Source of the DNA: an uncultured Candidatus Saccharibacteria bacterium
GTDB lineage: Bacteria; Patescibacteriota; Minisyncoccia; Phycocordibacterales; DATDWN01
Direction: 5' to 3'
NCBI GenBank assembly: GCA_964586695.1
Contig: CAZPGQ010000001.1
Span: 5,350 to 69,349 of the forward strand
DNA length: 64,000 nt
In this document: positions 1 to 9,886 of the stretch, one piece after another
Position numbering within the stretch: position 1 is the stretch's first letter
Layout: each line of letters begins with the position of its first letter
Notes under the pieces: model-generated
What the model was told of the DNA's origin: nothing
Databases searched by the model: none
What the model saw: the letters and a program-made list of their open reading frames with translations, nothing else
Program-made: the position numbers and the translations under genes

Positions 1-2
1 TT

Positions 3-2678
3 GGAACAGGAGCCGCTCTAGCTACTGCTATAGGTGTTGGTGCTCATGCAATACCTCGACCAGATGGAACTTGGCTCATATTTAATGGTCAATCTGGTGC
101 GGCAGGTGTTAACACTACACAAATATATACAACTGGTGACGGAACAGCTACTGCCGGAGGATCAGAAGGATTAGGTGTTTCTGTTGCTGGTCCAGTTGGT
201 CCAATAACAGCATCTGGAGCAGTTTCATTCCAGAGAGATGACGGTAAGTTTGTTGTTATTGCTGGTGCTGCTACAACAACATCTGCAACAACTGTGGCTC
301 TTTATGATGCAGGATGGGTATCACAGGGTTACTATAGGTCAGAACAAATAGATATGACAGGCGAATTGGATTCAAACACTACTTTGGTTTGGAAGACAAA
401 TGGAATAAAGGGTATATCTGCCGAAGTGAAAACAGCAAAAACTCAAGCTGAATTGGGAACATCTTCACCAAGAGAAATACCTACATCTGGAGAAAATATT
501 CGTGCGTCAGATACTGATAACTGGTTGTCTATTATGTTTAACTTTAAACGAAGTATTCCTCAAGAGACAGGTATCTTCCAGGATGTGGTTTACTCAAATG
601 GTACGGGCAAACTCCGAATGCCGTATCTGCCAATAGATATGCCTGTTATGTATGAGTTTAAGGTTACAAAGGATAAAGATTTGTTGAACCTACAAGCTGA
701 TGGAATATCTATGTTCCGAGTGAATTCATCTGGAGATATATATGCTTCAACTGGTGCAACAATAAACACAAGTGGTGCTGACCTTGCAGAGCGATATACA
801 TCACAAGAGCCATTAGACTTTGGAGATGTTGTGATTATAGATCCTATGAACAACCATGCTGTAAAGAAATCTAAGTATCAGTATCAAACAGATATGGTTG
901 GAGTTGTTTCTACAGATCCTGGATTTGTTTCTGGAGCATACACAGAAAATTCATACCCAATCGGTTTGATCGGTCGTGTTCCTGTAAAGGTTTCAACAGA
1001 GAACGGAATCATCAGAGTTGGTGACTACCTAACTACATCATCTGTTCCTGGACACGCTATGAAGGCTACACTTTCTGGACGAGTTTTGGGTAAAGCATTG
1101 GAGTCAGTTGATCCTGCGAAACTAGTAGATTGTCCTGCAAGTGATTTGTATGTTCCTGGTCGAAAATGTACAACCATAATGATGTTCGTAAACTTGATAG
1201 ATTACGGAGGACAGTCAGTTGATAATGCAATGTCAGATTGGAAGACTCTTAAGACTGCAAAACTTGCACAAACAGCACTTGATTCAGGTCTAGAATTCGC
1301 ATCAACAACAAGTATTGCAACTTCTACAGTATTGGTACCATCTATGACATCACACGACACTGAAGTTCTAAACTTCCTAAGTGATCTTAAGGCTGAAAGA
1401 GCTACTGGTATGTCATCAATGTCAGAAATATTAACAGATAAAGTAAGTGCAATATCACAAATAATTTCTCCAGAAATAATTTCAAGAATTGTTAAATCAG
1501 AAGTTATCGATGGTCTAGAAGTTCGATCTGAGAAAGTAAATACAAAAGCTTTGACAACAGATACTATCTCTGGAAATGGCATGACAATGTCACTTGTAGA
1601 CGGTAAACTTGTTATCCGAGGAACAAAAGTTGTTAGAGCTACAATTTCAACAACTACAGATATAGTTGCAACTTCTACTCTAAGTTCAGAATTGGCAAAT
1701 GCACTATCTGCTCTAGAACTATCTTCTACAACAGAACTACTTGCAACTTCAACAGATATTACTGCATCTACAACAAACATTATTGCATCAACAACAGAGC
1801 CTCTAGCTTCTACAACACCTGTAACAGTTGTTGAAAATGAAGTTGTTGTAAGCTTTGATACAGAAGGAAATGCATACTTTGCAGGTGAAGTTGTTGCAAA
1901 CAAAGTTAGCGCCGGTGCTCTGGCTGTAACAGGAGTTGCAACATTCTCTGGAGGTCTAGAGGTTACATCTATTGGTTCTGCAAGTACAACAGTTGCAATG
2001 TTAAGTGACACAGAATTCTTTGGACGACCATACTTTACATCTGACACAGGAGGCACAGCGGTTGTAAAGAAAGACGCAAAAGAAGTAGAAGTCGTCTTTG
2101 ATAGAGAATATGTAGAGGCACCTATACTGTCTGCTTCTATGGCTTACTCAACATCAACTGACGAGGCAGAAATAGATGCAATGTTCAATGATGATGTTAG
2201 ATTTGTTGTGACAAAGAGAGATACAAAGGGCTTTACTATAAGACTAAACAAACCAGCAGGTCGAGATATTGTGTTCAACTGGATCGCTCTAGCAATAAAA
2301 GATTCAAAAGAGTTTACATCTAGAACTGTAGTGCCAAATGATCCAAATAATACCGCTACAACAACTCCATCTGTGATTGGTGGAACAGGCACAACAACAC
2401 CTGTAACTGGGGGAACTAGCATTTCTACAACAACTAGTGTAACTACTGCCGTTGGCACAACAACGAGTGTTGTGGATCCAAATATTGGAACTACTACACC
2501 AATTGTTATAGATCCAAATTCTATTAATCCAACTCCAGTTCCTCCGCCAACAACTGTTGAAGTCGTTCCCGTTGTAGAAACAACTCCTACTCCTGCAGTT
2601 GATACTACAGTAGCACCACCAGTTGAGACTCCTACAGAAGTTGTTGCTCCAGAACTTGCTCCTACCGCGACGCCATAA
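3..2678 (+). CDS. C-terminal part of a large surface protein with peptidase G2/IMC-like autocleavage domain and Thr/Pro-rich tail (5' truncated by window)
   Basis: Frame is open from position 3 (GTGAALATAIG...), upstream of the listed 294 start; GADLAERY...GVVSTDPG...IGLIGRVPVKV motif set; Thr/Pro/Val-rich C-terminus. Confidence 0.75.
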   Translation, partial: GTGAALATAIGVGAHAIPRPDGTWLIFNGQSGAAGVNTTQIYTTGDGTATAGGSEGLGVSVAGPVGPITASGAVSFQRDDGKFVVIAGAATTTSATTVALYDAGWVSQGYYRSEQIDMTGELDSNTTLVWKTNGIKGISAEVKTAKTQAELGTSSPREIPTSGENIRASDTDNWLSIMFNFKRSIPQETGIFQDVVYSNGTGKLRMPYLPIDMPVMYEFKVTKDKDLLNLQADGISMFRVNSSGDIYASTGATINTSGADLAERYTSQEPLDFGDVVIIDPMNNHAVKKSKYQYQTDMVGVVSTDPGFVSGAYTENSYPIGLIGRVPVKVSTENGIIRVGDYLTTSSVPGHAMKATLSGRVLGKALESVDPAKLVDCPASDLYVPGRKCTTIMMFVNLIDYGGQSVDNAMSDWKTLKTAKLAQTALDSGLEFASTTSIATSTVLVPSMTSHDTEVLNFLSDLKAERATGMSSMSEILTDKVSAISQIISPEIISRIVKSEVIDGLEVRSEKVNTKALTTDTISGNGMTMSLVDGKLVIRGTKVVRATISTTTDIVATSTLSSELANALSALELSSTTELLATSTDITASTTNIIASTTEPLASTTPVTVVENEVVVSFDTEGNAYFAGEVVANKVSAGALAVTGVATFSGGLEVTSIGSASTTVAMLSDTEFFGRPYFTSDTGGTAVVKKDAKEVEVVFDREYVEAPILSASMAYSTSTDEAEIDAMFNDDVRFVVTKRDTKGFTIRLNKPAGRDIVFNWIALAIKDSKEFTSRTVVPNDPNNTATTTPSVIGGTGTTTPVTGGTSISTTTSVTTAVGTTTSVVDPNIGTTTPIVIDPNSINPTPVPPPTTVEVVPVVETTPTPAVDTTVAPPVETPTEVVAPELAPTATP

Positions 2679-2713
2679 ATTGTGATAATATTTTTAACAA
2701 TTAATTGAAAAAT

Positions 2714-3154
2714 ATGGACGAATATACACAACCAAAGAAACGAATACTTAATCTTAGTAATGCAGGTCTAATTGTAATTATAGTTTTAGCTATACTTTTT
2801 CTTGCGACACTTGGTACTACATATTACTTTTACCAAAAATCTCATTCAGTAGTAGTTAAGGATCCACAAAAAGAACTTGAGCAAACTATAAAAATGGTTA
2901 GCAAACATCTAGTATTGCCATCAAGTGAAATTCCAACCATGGCTACAGTTTCTGATCCAGAAAAACTCAAAGACCAACCTTTCTTTGCGAATGCAAAAAA
3001 AGGGGATAAAGTTTTGATTTACGCTAATTCACAGAAAGCTATTTTGTACGATCCAGAAGCTGATAGGATAGTTGAGGTTGCTCCAATAAATTCAACAACA
3101 GCAAACCAGGCACAAAACGCTCCTGTTGTTCAAACTACTACAACGAATAGATAA
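2714..3154 (+). CDS. Hypothetical single-TM protein
   Basis: ATG at 2714; N-terminal hydrophobic helix followed by soluble domain. Confidence 0.7.
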   Translation: MDEYTQPKKRILNLSNAGLIVIIVLAILFLATLGTTYYFYQKSHSVVVKDPQKELEQTIKMVSKHLVLPSSEIPTMATVSDPEKLKDQPFFANAKKGDKVLIYANSQKAILYDPEADRIVEVAPINSTTANQAQNAPVVQTTTTNR

Positions 3155-3155
3155 T

Positions 3156-4145
3156 ATGAATTTTTTCAAGGTAATAAAAAATTGTATAGTACCGACTTTT
3201 CTAGGATGTTTTTTGGGTTTTTCTGTGTGCTGGCTTCTTTTTGCCTCTCAGAATTTTTCTAATTCTTGCGGAACCAAATTAAAGTTCATTAAACCTAATT
3301 TGGATTGTGAGCAGGCTGATGATAAATTTAATACACTAGAATCACTTAAAAGTAAGTTAGAGGTATCTATTGAGGGTTTTAAAAAAACAGGAAAAGCAAA
3401 AAGAATTAGTGTATTTGTTAGAGACTTAAACACGAGTAAATTCGTTGGTATTCATGATGGAGAAATTTATTATATGGCGAGTTTACTAAAGACGCCTTTG
3501 CTTATAGGTGGATTTAAATTAGCAGAGGTTGAGCCAAAAATATTAGATCAAGCCTTGATTTATAATGGAGTGCCTGATTTGTATGAAGATCAAATCATAA
3601 GTGTCTCGAATAAACTTAAAAAAGGGGAGACTTATACAATAAAAGAATTAATGAATAGGGCTGTCATTTATTCTGACAATACAGCCGCACAGATACTTCT
3701 AGACTATTTTCCTGAAGGATTTTTGGATAGGATAATGCAAGCTTTAGGTGTTCAGATTGTTAAACCAACTGGTGAGGTTGAGGACTTTGTTACTGCAAGA
3801 ACTTACGCCAATATCTTTAGAGTGTTATATAATTCTTCTTACCTAACTAGAGAATATTCCAATCAAGCTTTAGATATTTTAACAAAAACAGAATTTAAAG
3901 ATGGCATTACTGCAAAGCTACCCAAGGACTTAGTAGTTGCCCACAAATTTGCTGAAAGAACATTAGTTTATGGAGACAATAGTGTTGCTTTAGAACAAAT
4001 ACATGAGTGTGGACTAGTCTATTCTAAGGACTTCAAAGACTCATATATACTATGTGTCCTGACTGAAGGGGATTCTTATGATGACCTTAAATATGTATTG
4101 TCTGAGATTTCTTTATCTGTTTATCATGAAATGATTGAAGATTAG
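3156..4145 (+). CDS. Class A beta-lactamase-like serine hydrolase, membrane anchored
   Basis: SxxK (ASLLK), SDN (YSDNTAA) and HKFA at the KTG position; N-terminal TM. Confidence 0.8.
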   Translation: MNFFKVIKNCIVPTFLGCFLGFSVCWLLFASQNFSNSCGTKLKFIKPNLDCEQADDKFNTLESLKSKLEVSIEGFKKTGKAKRISVFVRDLNTSKFVGIHDGEIYYMASLLKTPLLIGGFKLAEVEPKILDQALIYNGVPDLYEDQIISVSNKLKKGETYTIKELMNRAVIYSDNTAAQILLDYFPEGFLDRIMQALGVQIVKPTGEVEDFVTARTYANIFRVLYNSSYLTREYSNQALDILTKTEFKDGITAKLPKDLVVAHKFAERTLVYGDNSVALEQIHECGLVYSKDFKDSYILCVLTEGDSYDDLKYVLSEISLSVYHEMIED

Positions 4146-4149
4146 AACT

Positions 4150-4178
4150 TTGCAAAATACATTCATTTGTGGTATAAT
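4150..4178 (+). promoter_or_regulatory. sigma70 promoter of rnpB
   Basis: TTGCAA-17 nt-TATAAT with extended TG, just upstream of the RNA. Confidence 0.7.
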
Positions 4179-4183
4179 AGCAT

Positions 4184-4528
4184 GGTTATGTTGGATAGTT
4201 GCTCCTGTGAAAGCGGGGGAGGAAAGTCCGAACATTGGTCTGTCCTAGAGACGGAAAGAGTAGCGGGTAACGCCCGTCTAGGGTAACCTAAGAGATGCGA
4301 GCAGTGACGCCAAAGGCGAAAGCCAGAGGGCTCCGCAAGGAGTAATCCAGTAGTAATACTGGGGTGAAACGGCAAAATTCTTACTTCAATGCAAGGCCGT
4401 ATCGAGAATCACGAAAGTGATATATCGGGGTGCCGCTTGATCACTACGGCAACGTAGATGACAGATAAATGACTATCGTCCAAAACTACTTTAGTTTTGG
4501 ATACAGAATTCGGCTTATAGACATAACC
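4184..4528 (+). ncRNA. rnpB: RNase P RNA
   Basis: GAGGAAAGTCC and ACAGAATTCGGCTTA conserved P4 motifs; terminal P1 GGTTATGT/ACATAACC. Confidence 0.95.
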
Positions 4529-4533
4529 AAAAC

Positions 4534-4564
4534 GAAAACCACGTCCTAACCGGGCGTGGTTTTC
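4534..4564 (+). terminator. Intrinsic terminator after rnpB
   Basis: GAAAACCACGTCC/GGGCGTGGTTTTC hairpin. Confidence 0.7.
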
Positions 4565-4604
4565 TCGCTATGTTTAAGACTTGTTTTTTTATATAATAAG
4601 CAGA

Positions 4605-6740
4605 ATGACAAACGTATTCAAAAGATTTTTTTTAGTGCTAACTCTGTCATTTTTCCTCTATGCTCCAACTTTTGGTGCAACTATTTCTAGACCCATGAGT
4701 AATTCGGGACTGGTGGGGTATTGGAATTTTGAAGAAGGGGCTCCAAATGGCTTTGCAAATGATAGAAGTGGTTTTGGTAACAACGGAACGCTTGTAAATA
4801 TGAATACGACAACATCTTGGACAGGTAGTGCGACAAGTTCTGGTCAAGCGCTGGATTTTGATAGCAATGATGATTATATAGATGTTGGCTCAGGAAGTAA
4901 TTTAGATAACCTTGGTCCAATGACTGTTTCTGCTTGGTACTATGCTAGGAGTGAAGGAGAAAACTCCAGAGGTGGAATATTTAATAAAGGTGATGGTGAT
5001 GGAGTTGGTACTAATGGGCCAGAATTTGAATTTGGATCTACGGGTTTCGATGGTAGCGATAGGACAAACGCCTTTGCATTTGGCGTTGGTTTTTCTGGCG
5101 GGGCACTTCATAGAATAGCTTCAAACAATACAGTTACTTTAAATAAATGGCAGTTTGTTACACTTACTTGGGACGGAACAACTTCATCTTCTGGTGTTCA
5201 TATTTATATTGATGGAGTTGAGGTTTCTTATCAAAAAAGCCAAGATGGTATCGGCTCGTTAAATGATGATAGCGGAACAAATATGTCTATAGGTATTGGT
5301 AGTTTTGGCGCTCAATCAAATAGTTGGGACGGAAAACTTGATGAAGTTAGAATATATAATAGAGCACTATCTTTTGACGAAGTTCAAAGGTTGTATAAAA
5401 TTCAGAAGCCTCGAGTGGTGGGCGGGGTTACAAACAGAGGACTTTCTGCTTACTGGGCATTTGAAGAGAATACAGGCACAAGGGCTGAGGATTCTAGTTT
5501 AAATAACAATACTGGCACACTCACAAGCGGGCCAACTTGGGTCAGTGGTAAAAATGGAAAAGCCCTATTTTTTGATGGGGTTGATGATTATGTTTCTATT
5601 CCAAATGCATCAGCAGTTGCACCTCCGAATGCTATAACTATTTCTGCTTGGGTGAAGGCCACAACCACAACAGCTACTCAAAGTATTATTGATGACGATA
5701 ATGGTGGATCAATCGGTTATTTTTTGAGAATCACCTCTTCTGGAAAACTCAATGGAAGAATCACTGCCACAACTATAACTGGAAATACTACGCTACAACC
5801 AAATACTTGGTATCATGTGGCATTAATTTATGATGGAGCAAATGTTTATGTTTATCTAAATGGAATTTCAGACGCAACTCCTGTGGCTAGAACTGGAACT
5901 ATAACATACAGTGGAGCATCTAAAGCTATAGGAAAGAGACCTGCAGGAGGCGCTCAATTTAATGGAACTATAGATGAGTTTCGTATGTACGACAGGGGCT
6001 TATCTGCAAGTGAGGTTTATGCTTTGTACAAAGGTAGTGTGGCTACTGTAGTCAATAAGTCAAAAACAAACAGACTAACAAACGGTCTTGTTGGTTATTG
6101 GACATTTGATGGGAATAAAATCGCAGGAGTAACGGCGTATGATTCTGGTAGTGGGGGGAATAATGGAGCAATAACAAACGGTCCGATGCCTGGTATTGGT
6201 ATGGTAGGTCAGGGTCTAAGTTTTGATGGTGTGGATGATTGTGTAATAATAGCTAACTCAGCATCTATACAAAACCTTGGACCGATGACTGTGTCATTTT
6301 GGTCAAAATTTAGCACTACAACTGCCGCAGGTATTCCTGTGGGAAAAAGAGACGGCTCTAATACGGGAGCATGGTTTATTGCTTTTTCGGGATCAAGTAG
6401 GAATATTAATTTTACTAAAAGGTTGGGTGTTACTAGGGCAACATCCAACAGTACATTGTTGTTATATGAGTGGGCGCATATAGTTGTAACGTGGGACGGG
6501 TCAAATAATGGATCTGGTATTAATATTTATCAAAATGGGACTGAATTGTCATACCAAACTACTGTTAATGGTACTGCTGCAGACGATAGTACGAACAATT
6601 TGGGGATTGGCGCTGGTTTAAGTAGTGGAGCATGTTCCAGTGCGATTAGCCCATTTGCTGGCTTGATTGACGACGTGCGTTTGTACAACCGTGTCATAAC
6701 CCAAGACGAAATAAAAGCTTTATATAATATGGGGAGGTAG
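4605..6740 (+). CDS. Secreted protein with three LamG/concanavalin A-like domains
   Basis: Signal peptide; three GLVGYWxF...FDGxDD...W.H/FV...G.IDEVR.YNRAL repeats. Confidence 0.85.
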   Translation: MTNVFKRFFLVLTLSFFLYAPTFGATISRPMSNSGLVGYWNFEEGAPNGFANDRSGFGNNGTLVNMNTTTSWTGSATSSGQALDFDSNDDYIDVGSGSNLDNLGPMTVSAWYYARSEGENSRGGIFNKGDGDGVGTNGPEFEFGSTGFDGSDRTNAFAFGVGFSGGALHRIASNNTVTLNKWQFVTLTWDGTTSSSGVHIYIDGVEVSYQKSQDGIGSLNDDSGTNMSIGIGSFGAQSNSWDGKLDEVRIYNRALSFDEVQRLYKIQKPRVVGGVTNRGLSAYWAFEENTGTRAEDSSLNNNTGTLTSGPTWVSGKNGKALFFDGVDDYVSIPNASAVAPPNAITISAWVKATTTTATQSIIDDDNGGSIGYFLRITSSGKLNGRITATTITGNTTLQPNTWYHVALIYDGANVYVYLNGISDATPVARTGTITYSGASKAIGKRPAGGAQFNGTIDEFRMYDRGLSASEVYALYKGSVATVVNKSKTNRLTNGLVGYWTFDGNKIAGVTAYDSGSGGNNGAITNGPMPGIGMVGQGLSFDGVDDCVIIANSASIQNLGPMTVSFWSKFSTTTAAGIPVGKRDGSNTGAWFIAFSGSSRNINFTKRLGVTRATSNSTLLLYEWAHIVVTWDGSNNGSGINIYQNGTELSYQTTVNGTAADDSTNNLGIGAGLSSGACSSAISPFAGLIDDVRLYNRVITQDEIKALYNMGR

Positions 6741-6741
6741 T

Positions 6742-7326
6742 ATGAAAAAAATTATTTATATATTTTTAATACTTCTATTATTAACGGCAGTTTTTTTTGC
6801 TTTTAAAAATAAAAATACAGGTCAAATAAATTTTGAAAATAATATAGATCCATTTTTTGAAAACAGTAATTCTATGGAGGTTTTGGATCCAGATATCAAA
6901 AAGGTAAATGACACTTTTAATACCTATTTTCATAAAAAGTATAGTTTTTCTTTTGATTATCTTTCAATATATAAAACTTCAAACTTTATAGAAGGGGATG
7001 GAGAACAGATCCATTTTCAAGCCGATAACGGTGATTGGTTCCAGATATATGTAACCCCATGGGACGAAGGAAGTATAATAACTCCAGAAAGGATTAGAAA
7101 AGATTTACCAAATATTGTTATAAAGGAACCACAACAGGTAGTGCTAGGCCCCAAACAAAAAGATGGGGTTGGTCCTCAAGCTTTAATATTCCTTTCTAAG
7201 GACGGAACATCTATTGAGACTCGTGAAATTTGGTTTGTAGAAAGGGGTTATCTATTTCAGATTACTACATTCAAAAGATTGGATCCTGTAATCGGCAATA
7301 TTCTTTCTACCTTAGTTTTTAAATAA
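6742..7326 (+). CDS. Hypothetical protein with N-terminal TM/signal
   Basis: 194-aa ORF directly after the previous gene. Confidence 0.7.
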   Translation: MKKIIYIFLILLLLTAVFFAFKNKNTGQINFENNIDPFFENSNSMEVLDPDIKKVNDTFNTYFHKKYSFSFDYLSIYKTSNFIEGDGEQIHFQADNGDWFQIYVTPWDEGSIITPERIRKDLPNIVIKEPQQVVLGPKQKDGVGPQALIFLSKDGTSIETREIWFVERGYLFQITTFKRLDPVIGNILSTLVFK

Positions 7327-7417
7327 AAACGAACTTTTTTGTTTGGTATTATCGTCATTTTTTTATATAATAAATAGCGCATTTAATTATTAATGAGTTA
7401 AAAATTAAATAAAAAAT

Positions 7418-9820
7418 ATGATGGAAAATAATAGTGTGGAGGTCGGCATGAGTGTCGAACCAAAGCATTCAATGTTCGATAGGGTTTCTTTGTGTATTTT
7501 GTTGGCAGTAACAGCATTAGCCCCTATGTTCTTTGTGCCAGTTTCGTTTATATCAGCACAGTTTGGTACAAGTCTGTTATTTGGTTTTGGGGTCATCGCT
7601 TCAATTTTAATTTATCTTATTTCAGGGATTGTTCTTGGTAGTATAGATTTGCCGAATCCTAGTCGGTATGTAGTTGGCTTTAGTGTGGTTGTTCCTCTTG
7701 TATATATATTAGCTGGTGTATCAAATGGTTTTTCCAGAATGGCATTTTTTGGTTATACATTTGATCAGAGTACTGTGGGTTTTGTTGTGCTCGGTTTTGT
7801 TTATATGTTCTTGGTTTCTATTATTCTTAAGGATAAGATTAGACTTATATATGGTCAGTATGCCTTTGTTTTTTCTGGATTAGTTCTATCTCTTTGGCTT
7901 ATGGCTAGGCTCGCTTTCGGGGTAAACTTTTTAGCATTTGGTTTGTTTACAAATATAACATCTACAGTTTTAGGAACGTGGAATAGTGTGGCGATATTCT
8001 TTGGTATTTCTTCTATACTATCTTTGATCGGTTGTCAGTTGATAAAGGGGAGTAAGCTTCTAAAGGGTTTGTTTTTATTGGGACTAGTTGTTTCTCTGTT
8101 TTTTGTTGCATTGGTTAACTTTTCTACAGTCTGGATGGTATTGGGTGTAGTATCATTTCTTTATATTCTATACAGCCTTTTTACAGTAGATCTGCTTGGA
8201 GGTATGCCAATGACTTGGGTTGCTCGATTGAAAAAACTTCCAGCTTATCCAACCATAATAATGGTGATTTCTGTTGTTTTTGTTATTTGGGGTTCAACTT
8301 TGGGTGCAAGCTTGAGTAATAAATTTAAAATTTCTAATGTTGAAGTTAGGCCAAACTTGTCTGTGACTATGGAGATTGCTAGAGAGACAATTAAAGCAAA
8401 ACCGCTTTTTGGTTCTGGTCCAAACACATTCGTAACACAATGGGTAACATACAGACCTGCAGATATTATTACTACAGTATTTTGGAATACAGACTTTACA
8501 AACGGCATAGGTCTTATTCCAACTTTTGCGGTAACAACTGGTGTAGTGGGAATGCTATCTTGGTTGTTGTTTTTTGGGTTCTATTTATATGTTGGAGTGA
8601 AGTCATTGTTTGTGAGACTCGATGATTCGTTTATGAAGTATCTTTTGGCTTCCTCTTTCTTCGTGTCATTGTATCTTTGGATTTTGACATTTGCTTATGT
8701 CCCAAGTCCCGCGATATTTATTCTAACTTTCTTTTTTACTGGATTATTCTTTGCTTCTATATATGTTGCGGGGATTATTCCAGTTATTCCAAAGAAGTTT
8801 TCTGCTAATCCACGAACTGGTTTCATTTCTTCTTTGATCATAGTGGTTTTCTTTGTTGGTGGGGTAGCGTTGGGCTACGGACTTTTTGGAAATTCCTTAT
8901 CATTGTGGTATTTCCAGAAAAGTTCATTTGCTCTTAATACAACAAAGGACTCAAAGCTTTCAGAGGAGTATATGTTAAAGGCAATAGATACTGTTCCTAG
9001 TGATGTTTATTATCGAGCTCTTTCCGATATTGAACTATTTAGGTTGAATGAAGTTCTTTCTCAAGATGCAAAGAAGGTGACTCAAGAGGAAGTTAAAAAA
9101 CAATTTAATGATATTCTTACAAAAGCTATAACCGCAAGTAAAAATGCAGTAGAAGCAGATAAAACAAATTATCTGAATCATATTTCTTTGGGTAAAGTTT
9201 ATGAAGCGGTTTCTGTGCCTCAGTTGAACATACAGGGTGCATATGAAAGTGCAGGCCTAGCTTATCAAGAAGCTTTGAGGCTTAATCCAAAAAACCCAGG
9301 AATACTGATGTTGTTCGCTAGACTTGCTATAAATAAAAATGATTTGAAACTTGCAGAATCGTTTGCTCTTCAGGCTATACAGCTTAAGAATAATTATCTA
9401 GATGCTTACTATATACTTTCACAAATAGAAGTGGCTACACAAAATATTCAGGGTGCAATAAGGTCTGTTACTGCAGCATCTGTTATTGATCCAACAAATC
9501 CAGCTGTATTCTTCCAGCTTGGACTCTTGAAGTATAATGTCGGTGACTGGGTTGGCGCCATTGAATCTCTGGAGAAAGCTGTCTCCATGACACCCGACTA
9601 TGCAAACGCAAAATATTTCCTTGGGTTAGCGTATGAGATTACAAATCAACACGACAAAGCAGTAAAACAGTTTCAAGATTTGGCAAAAACAAATCCTGAC
9701 AACAAGGAAGTCCAAGATATTTTGGCTAACTTGATTGAAGGAAAACCTATATTTAAATCTCCTGCAGAATCAAAGCCGGAGAAGGGAAGCGATCTGCCAG
9801 TTAAAGAAAAAACAAACTAA
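7418..9820 (+). CDS. O-antigen ligase-like polytopic membrane protein with C-terminal TPR repeats
   Basis: Many TM helices, PLFGSGPNTF loop, C-terminal TPR pattern. Confidence 0.75.
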   Translation: MMENNSVEVGMSVEPKHSMFDRVSLCILLAVTALAPMFFVPVSFISAQFGTSLLFGFGVIASILIYLISGIVLGSIDLPNPSRYVVGFSVVVPLVYILAGVSNGFSRMAFFGYTFDQSTVGFVVLGFVYMFLVSIILKDKIRLIYGQYAFVFSGLVLSLWLMARLAFGVNFLAFGLFTNITSTVLGTWNSVAIFFGISSILSLIGCQLIKGSKLLKGLFLLGLVVSLFFVALVNFSTVWMVLGVVSFLYILYSLFTVDLLGGMPMTWVARLKKLPAYPTIIMVISVVFVIWGSTLGASLSNKFKISNVEVRPNLSVTMEIARETIKAKPLFGSGPNTFVTQWVTYRPADIITTVFWNTDFTNGIGLIPTFAVTTGVVGMLSWLLFFGFYLYVGVKSLFVRLDDSFMKYLLASSFFVSLYLWILTFAYVPSPAIFILTFFFTGLFFASIYVAGIIPVIPKKFSANPRTGFISSLIIVVFFVGGVALGYGLFGNSLSLWYFQKSSFALNTTKDSKLSEEYMLKAIDTVPSDVYYRALSDIELFRLNEVLSQDAKKVTQEEVKKQFNDILTKAITASKNAVEADKTNYLNHISLGKVYEAVSVPQLNIQGAYESAGLAYQEALRLNPKNPGILMLFARLAINKNDLKLAESFALQAIQLKNNYLDAYYILSQIEVATQNIQGAIRSVTAASVIDPTNPAVFFQLGLLKYNVGDWVGAIESLEKAVSMTPDYANAKYFLGLAYEITNQHDKAVKQFQDLAKTNPDNKEVQDILANLIEGKPIFKSPAESKPEKGSDLPVKEKTN

Positions 9821-9824
9821 TAAG

Positions 9825-9860
9825 AAAAATAAACCTGAGCAAAACTCAGGTTTATTTTTT
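9825..9860 (+). terminator. Intrinsic terminator
   Basis: AAAAATAAACCTGAG/CTCAGGTTTATTTTT hairpin. Confidence 0.7.
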
Positions 9861-9886
9861 GTCATAAATCTGCCATAATATGGCTA

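Noticed and set aside
590-2731. Long minus-strand ORFs (590, 1202, 2144)
   Set aside because: Antisense shadows of the Thr/Val-rich + strand gene.
4163-4375. 70-aa ORF
   Set aside because: Overlaps RNase P RNA.
4605-6740. LamG repeats as a diversity-generating retroelement target
   Set aside because: Repeats are diverged protein domains; no near-identical template/variable repeat pair and no RT.
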